From an uncultured delta proteobacterium (GTDB taxonomy: Bacteria > Myxococcota_A > Polyangia > Polyangiales > Polyangiaceae), in contig CAWDXG010000004.1 in NCBI GenBank assembly GCA_963806225.1, positions 1,760,001 to 1,824,000 of the forward strand: DNA of 64,000 nucleotides, read 5' to 3'. How positions within the stretch are numbered: the stretch's first letter is position 1; every line of letters starts with the position of its first letter. The notes beneath the pieces were generated by a model. That model saw nothing but the letters and a program-made list of their open reading frames with translations. It was not told where the DNA came from and made no database searches. A program made the position numbers and the translations under genes. Below, piece after piece: positions 57,416 through 64,000 of the stretch.

Positions 57416-58420
57416 TCAGAGCGTGAAACCGACGCCGAGCTCGACGCCGTACCACATGCCGCGGAGCGACGGATTCGCGACGCTCGACTTGCTGTTCGAC
57501 AGGGGCAGGAGCACGTAGCTGGTCTCGCCGGCCAGCTCGATGACGAGTGGCTTGGCGGGTCGCGCCGCCAGGGAGAGCGTCGCCAGCGGCCAGCCCCAGG
57601 GCGCAATGCCCGATGTGCCGCTCGTCTGGGCGCCGGAAAGGCCCACCGAGCGCGCCGCACCCAGGCGCAGCCCTCCACCAAAACGCGCCGCAAACCACGA
57701 CCAGCGCTCGTCGAGGTAGACGCAGGCGCCCAGCGTCGCGGTCTCGACCTCGTAGCGCCCGATCGGCGAGTCGAGCTGCCCGCGGTCGATCACGGCGTCG
57801 ATCGACCAGGACACGTGCTCGAGAGGCTCGTGGCCCACCCTCGCGCCGCCGCCCCAGAGCGCGCCAGGATGGGCGAAGAAGGCTCGCTGCGAGAGCACCG
57901 CCAGCACCCTGAACGCGCGGCGGACGGGTTTCTTGTGCGGCGCCGTGGGCGTGAGGTCGTGCGTGGCGCGATGCGCGACCCAGTCGCGGGCCGCTTCGCG
58001 CGCGGCAGGCGGCGGCGCCGGCCCCGCCGGCTCCACCTGCGGATCGGGATTCGTCTCGAGCTCGCTCCAGCTCGCCAGCACCAGCTCCGACGTTGCAATG
58101 GCCACCAGCCGCGCTCTCGCGCTAGGCGCCGCGGCGCCGACGTCGATGTGGCGGGTGACGACCTTGCGACTGAGCGGATCCTTCACGCTGAGCTCGGCGT
58201 CGCTGTCGTGGCACACGACGATCGCAGTCGTCACGCCGGGACCGGGGGCGTCGGCCAGCTCGGCGCCCAGCTCCGCGGCAAGGATGCGACGCACCGCGGG
58301 ACCCGCGAGCCCGGGGCAGCTCTCCAGCTCCAGGTCGACCTGGGGCGCGACCTGCGCGTGCGCCAGCGATGCAGAAAATGCGCTGGCGACCAATCCGCAC
58401 AGGACGAGCTGGAGTCTCAC
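57416..58420 (-). CDS. Exported protein with C-terminal beta-barrel-like region
   Basis: AHA signal end, C-terminal GVELGVGFTL; upstream of ECF/FecR pair. Confidence 0.65.
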   Translation of the reverse strand: MRLQLVLCGLVASAFSASLAHAQVAPQVDLELESCPGLAGPAVRRILAAELGAELADAPGPGVTTAIVVCHDSDAELSVKDPLSRKVVTRHIDVGAAAPSARARLVAIATSELVLASWSELETNPDPQVEPAGPAPPPAAREAARDWVAHRATHDLTPTAPHKKPVRRAFRVLAVLSQRAFFAHPGALWGGGARVGHEPLEHVSWSIDAVIDRGQLDSPIGRYEVETATLGACVYLDERWSWFAARFGGGLRLGAARSVGLSGAQTSGTSGIAPWGWPLATLSLAARPAKPLVIELAGETSYVLLPLSNSKSSVANPSLRGMWYGVELGVGFTL

Positions 58421-58501
58421 AGCGCGATGGTAGATCAGCGCGGCGTGATTTCCGAAAGCGCGACGAGCCGGAATGTCCGGTGCGTGGCACTACTGGGCAG
58501 G

Positions 58502-59203
58502 ATGCCCCGATATCCGTTGTCTGTCCTGGCGGCCGGCGCGGCCTTCGCCGTGGCTCTGCCCGCCGCTGCGGAGCAGCCGGAAGCGACGATCCATGTGGCA
58601 CAGCCGCCGACGCTGTCGGTGGGGCTCGACGGCTACGCCGGCATGGGCGTACTCGCGAACGGCTCGCGAGCCGACGCGTCCGCGCTGGGGGGCGGCATGC
58701 TGCGCCTGCGCTCGAGCTATGCCCAGATCGGGGGCTTCATGGAAGCTGCCAACCTGCCCACCGACACACTGCAGGGTTTCGGCGGCTTCATGGGCGGCTG
58801 GCTGCCGTTCGCGAACTGGCTCACCTTCGACCTGATGCTCGGCGCCGGCCGCCACACCTACGACAACCCCGACCGGCGCTACGGGCCCGACGGCTACCAG
58901 GTGCGGAGCTGGTTCGGAACGCTGAGGCTCGGCGTCTCCGATCGCACGCACGGCATCCTCGGGCTGCACACAGGAGCCATGCTGTTCGCGTCGCTCGACT
59001 TCACCCCCACGAACATCGCGTGGCGCTACGGGCTAGCGAACGATCCGACGAAGCAGGTCACCGGACTGCGCCGCGTCGGCGGCTTCGCGCTCGGCGTCGC
59101 CGTCAGCGCCGGCTTCGACGTCGCGACCCCGAGCGAAGCGACGATGCCGGAGCTCGGGACCACATGGAACAGCACGAGGTCGCCGAGGGCCGACAGCCGG
59201 TGA
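58502..59203 (+). CDS. Outer-membrane beta-barrel-like protein
   Basis: Signal peptide, Gly/aromatic strands, VSAGFDV. Confidence 0.6.
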   Translation: MPRYPLSVLAAGAAFAVALPAAAEQPEATIHVAQPPTLSVGLDGYAGMGVLANGSRADASALGGGMLRLRSSYAQIGGFMEAANLPTDTLQGFGGFMGGWLPFANWLTFDLMLGAGRHTYDNPDRRYGPDGYQVRSWFGTLRLGVSDRTHGILGLHTGAMLFASLDFTPTNIAWRYGLANDPTKQVTGLRRVGGFALGVAVSAGFDVATPSEATMPELGTTWNSTRSPRADSR

Positions 59204-59783
59204 CGGACGCGGTCCCGTACTCCGCAGCGCAGAACTTCCCAGCCTCGCTGTGATTCACGCCCATGGCCCGGATCGCACCGCAGCAATCGACCTGGTGCAG
59301 CTCCGCAACGCAGCTCTGGTTGTTGGTGCAACCGCGCACCCAGGTCGTCGGGAATCCGGTGCACTCCTGGCCCGCGCACGACGACGCACCCCCGCTGCCC
59401 GCGGCACCCCCGGCGCCGCTGCCCGCAGCGCCAGCGGTCCCACCGCTACCGCCCGCACCCGCGCCGCCGGTTCCGGTGCCGCCCGTACCGCCGGTTCCGG
59501 TGCCGCCCGTACCGCCGCCCGCCGCGCCTCCTGCACCGCTACCGCCGGCGCCCGTGCCGCCAGTGCTCGTGCCGCCCGCACCGGTGCCTCCAGTGCTGGT
59601 GCCACCGGCGCCCGTGCCTCCAGCGCTCGTGCCACCGGCGCCCGTGCCGCCGCTGGCACCCGCATCGGCGCCCCCGGCGCTCGAACCTCCCGATCCGGTG
59701 ATGTCGGACGAACTGCTGCCACAACCTGCTGCGACAAGAGCAGAAAGCGAGACGGCAACAAGGCAAGCGTGGATGCGCAACAT
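59103..59783 (-). CDS. Gly-rich lipoprotein with Cys-rich domain
   Basis: AAGC lipobox, GGTGAGGTS repeats, VDCCG; 3' end overlaps the convergent gene. Confidence 0.65.
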   Translation of the reverse strand: MLRIHACLVAVSLSALVAAGCGSSSSDITGSGGSSAGGADAGASGGTGAGGTSAGGTGAGGTSTGGTGAGGTSTGGTGAGGSGAGGAAGGGTGGTGTGGTGGTGTGGAGAGGSGGTAGAAGSGAGGAAGSGGASSCAGQECTGFPTTWVRGCTNNQSCVAELHQVDCCGAIRAMGVNHSEAGKFCAAEYGTASVTGCRPSATSCCSMWSRAPASSLRSGSRRRSRR

Positions 59784-59912
59784 AGGGATGATCTCCTGCC
59801 TGCAGGATATCGCACCCAGGCTGGACCTTCTCCCGCAAGCACAAGCCGCAACCGCCGCGTAACCGCGTAGCCGCGTAGCGTCAGCGACGGATCCTGTAGC
59901 TTGTCGCGCGGG

Positions 59913-60362
59913 ATGGACGACACCGAGGCGCGGGATCTCGAGACGCTGACGCCGAAGATGCCGACGAAGATAGGCGGCTTCGCGCTGGCGATCACCGGTA
60001 TCTTCACGGTGGTGATGGCCGCGCAGACGTATGCGGTGTGGATCATGCGAAGCTGGCACATCGCGGTGCCGTTGGTGATGCTCGCCCTTGGGGTGAGCGG
60101 CGTGTTCCTGGGCATGAAAGTCGCTACGCTGCGCGGCTGGGCGTCCATCGCGGGCACTGCGGTCGCTGCGCTATCGACGCTGGTCTTCGGCGCGTGGGGA
60201 GCGTACGGCTTCCTGCACGGCTTCATCTCGCTGCTCGGGCTCGCGATCGTCCCCATGTCGGCGATCGCCTGCGCGCTGTCCGCAACCACCATCTCGGCCG
60301 GCATCCGCGCCGACGACGCCCGCGAGCGGTTGCACAAGAGCGGCCTGCGCTTGGGTTTCTAG
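59913..60362 (+). CDS. Four-TM membrane protein
   Basis: Four hydrophobic helices. Confidence 0.7.
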   Translation: MDDTEARDLETLTPKMPTKIGGFALAITGIFTVVMAAQTYAVWIMRSWHIAVPLVMLALGVSGVFLGMKVATLRGWASIAGTAVAALSTLVFGAWGAYGFLHGFISLLGLAIVPMSAIACALSATTISAGIRADDARERLHKSGLRLGF

Positions 60363-60373
60363 CCGCTTCAGCG

Positions 60374-61304
60374 ATGCCCGCCACGAAGCTCGCCGAGCTT
60401 GTCGCCCTGCAGCGCCGCTACCACGGTGCTCGGCGACTGCGCCGGAGCCTGGGTGACGGCTACCTGTACACGGAAAATCCCTTCTTCCGCCGTATCCGCG
60501 ACGCGGCGCTCGGCGCGGGCTTCCGCTACACGCTCGACGATCCGGGCGCGTACTTCGGCTTTCCGCTGACGGCGCTGCCCACGCTGCTCGCCACACGCCG
60601 CATCCCCTATCGCGCGAGCTTCGACGCCGTGCTCGCGCTCGAGCAGAGCCGTCCCGGCTTCTTCTCGCTCCGCGATCTCGAACAGAACCGCCCCGCGCCG
60701 AACTATCTCCTGCACGAGTCGGCGCACGCCGTCGCCTTCGCCGCAGTGTTCGGCCGCCCGCGCGACGTGCGCGGCGCGCTCGGCGATCGCTCGCGGCTCG
60801 TGCACGTGATGCTTGGCGAGGCCTACGCGATGACGGCAGAGTACCTCGCCGCTTGCGCCGTCCAGGGGCCGCTCCACGCTTGGCTGTTCTCTATTAGCTC
60901 GTACCGCCACCGCACCCAGAAGAAGAAGGTCGCGGGCGAGCTCATCGAGCAGATCGGCCTCGGGGCGATGACCTGGGCGCTGATGGCGGCGTTCCTGTAC
61001 AATAACTTCCTGGTCGATCGCCTGCGCCCGGCCCAGGTCGAGCGGATTCTCGAGCTGGGCCCGCAGACAGCGGCGCTTTCGCGCGACGCGGCGCTCGTCC
61101 GGCGCCTCGGAAGCTGCCTGTCGGGACTGATGGTGATGAGCCCGGAGTTCCGGCTCGACACCTCGCGGCTGTTCCTGACGAGCCTCGGCTATCCGCGCGA
61201 CATCCGCCGCGTGCTCGCCTTCGGTCCGCTCGACGCCGTCGAGCGCGACGAGGATCTCCGCGCGGGCATCGCGCGGCTTTCCGCCATCCTGTCCGGAGAG
61301 CGGC

Positions 61305-61324
<20 letters not shown>
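60374..61324 (+). CDS. Hypothetical protein with HExxH motif
   Basis: YLLHESAHAV, downstream GEAYA. Confidence 0.65.
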
Positions 61325-62684
<1,360 letters not shown>

Positions 62685-62876
62685 GGCGCGCATCCTAGTT
62701 CAGGATGACGGCGCAAAGGAACCGGCTCGAGGCGCGATTGGCGCGGCCCCTGCGCGCGAGCTAGAATTGGCTTCCCCTCGCGTGTTCCAGTACCCCCGCG
62801 CACACGACTCCGACGACGCGGGCGTCGAAGGCGACATCCCCCAGCGCGTCGCCACGGCGCCCCAGGAGCTCCCCGC

Positions 62877-64000
62877 ATGAGCTGGTGGCGGCAGACCACC
62901 GTCTACCAGGTGTACCTGCGCTCGTTCGCCGACGGCAACGGCGACGGGGTGGGCGACATCGCGGGACTGATGTCGAAGCTCGACTACCTGCACTCGCTTG
63001 GGGTCGAGACGCTGTGGCTCTCGCCCTTCTACTCGAGCCCGCAGGCCGACTTCGGCTACGACGTGAGCGACTATTTCCAGATCGCTCCAGAAATGGGCTC
63101 GCTCGACGACTGCCACCGGCTGATCGACGAGGTCCACGCGCGCGGCATGAAGGTCGTGTTCGACATGGTCCTGAACCACACGTCGGACCACCATCACTGG
63201 TTTTCGGAATCGCGCGCGAGCCGCTCGTCTCCCCGCCGCGACTGGTACATCTGGCGCGACGGGAAGAAGCCCGGCGGGCGCGCGCCGCCCAACAACTGGC
63301 GCTCGATGATCGGCGGCTCGGGTTGGCACTACGACGAGCGCACCGACCAGTGGTACTGGGCGAGCTTCCTGCCCTTCCAGCCGGACCTGAACTACCGCAA
63401 TCCGGAAGTGAAAGAGGCCATGCTGGGCGTCGTCCGGCACTGGCTGGGCGCCGGGGTCGACGGGCTAAGGCTCGACATCTTCAATGCGATCTTCAAGGAC
63501 GCCTCGTTCAAGGACAATCCGCGCTCGCTCCGGCTGGTACCGAGCGAGGACGACCCGTCGAGCTTCTTCCAGGAGCCGCGTCACACCATCGACCATCCGG
63601 ATACGCTGGCGTTCGCGCGGGAGCTCCGGCGCGTGGTCGATGAGGTGCCCGGGCCGCCGCGTTTCATGGTGGGCGAGGTGTTCGGCTCGCCGCGCGCGCT
63701 CCGGCGCTACTGCGGCGACGGCGACGGCCTGCACCTCGTGTTCCTGTTCAAGGCCCTGACCACAGCCTTCCGCGCCGACGCCTTCCACGCGCTGATCGAG
63801 GAGGTGGAGCGCGAGTTCGCCGACCCGCTCCTGCCCACCTGGGTGTTCGGCAACCACGACCGGCCCCGCTTCATCGAGCGGCTCGGCGACGACGCCCGCA
63901 AGGCCAAGCTGGTCGCCGCGCTGCAGCTCACCGCGCGCGGCGTACCCTTCGTGTACTACGGCGACGAGATCGGCATGAGCCATCACGACGTGCCGCCCGA
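62877..64000 (+). CDS. GH13 alpha-glucosidase (runs off window end)
   Basis: Manual translation: MSWWRQTTVYQVYLRSFADGNGDGVGD, DMVLNHTS, QPDLN, GVDGLRLD, VGE, NHD. Confidence 0.93.
   Translation, partial: MSWWRQTTVYQVYLRSFADGNGDGVGDIAGLMSKLDYLHSLGVETLWLSPFYSSPQADFGYDVSDYFQIAPEMGSLDDCHRLIDEVHARGMKVVFDMVLNHTSDHHHWFSESRASRSSPRRDWYIWRDGKKPGGRAPPNNWRSMIGGSGWHYDERTDQWYWASFLPFQPDLNYRNPEVKEAMLGVVRHWLGAGVDGLRLDIFNAIFKDASFKDNPRSLRLVPSEDDPSSFFQEPRHTIDHPDTLAFARELRRVVDEVPGPPRFMVGEVFGSPRALRRYCGDGDGLHLVFLFKALTTAFRADAFHALIEEVEREFADPLLPTWVFGNHDRPRFIERLGDDARKAKLVAALQLTARGVPFVYYGDEIGMSHHDVPP

Noticed and set aside
59103..59203. 101-bp convergent overlap as a dual-coding region
   Set aside because: Both tails look non-conserved; more likely a lost stop or a small deletion; cannot be resolved from sequence alone

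Overview
High-GC bacterial DNA, very likely a Polyangiales-like member of Myxococcota (inferred from MYXO-CTERM tails, Gly/Thr-rich lipoprotein linkers, a Ser/Thr kinase and an ECF/FecR pair). The main feature is an extracellular electron transfer island at ~12-45 kb. By manual count it has about 100 c-heme motifs (94 CxxCH, 6 Cx3CH/Cx4CH) in nine proteins: adjacent ImcH-like and CbcL-like quinol oxidoreductases, a membrane-anchored 34-heme cytochrome, 12- and 15-heme lipoproteins behind a porin gene, an MtrC/OmcA-type decaheme and a nonaheme that both carry collagen-like stalks, a small monoheme, and a Cyc2-like cytochrome-porin followed by two cupredoxins. A sigma54 activator, a normal sensor kinase, a His-to-Asp pseudokinase and several -24/-12 motifs lie with it. 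Two possible modification systems sit inside the island: an EGF-domain lipoprotein with a perfect Asx-hydroxylation site directly upstream of an Asp/Asn beta-hydroxylase, and a repeat peptide + diiron protein + AMMECR1-fusion operon (RiPP-like). The flanks hold a CorE-like sigma factor with a CDF pump, a TraA/TraB-like pair, beta-oxidation genes, an acetate channel, cystathionine beta-synthase and a GH13 glucosidase. Four genes have +1 frameshifts, probably sequencing errors. I saw no rRNA, tRNA, CRISPR or transposase. All family calls come from reading motifs by eye, with no database search.
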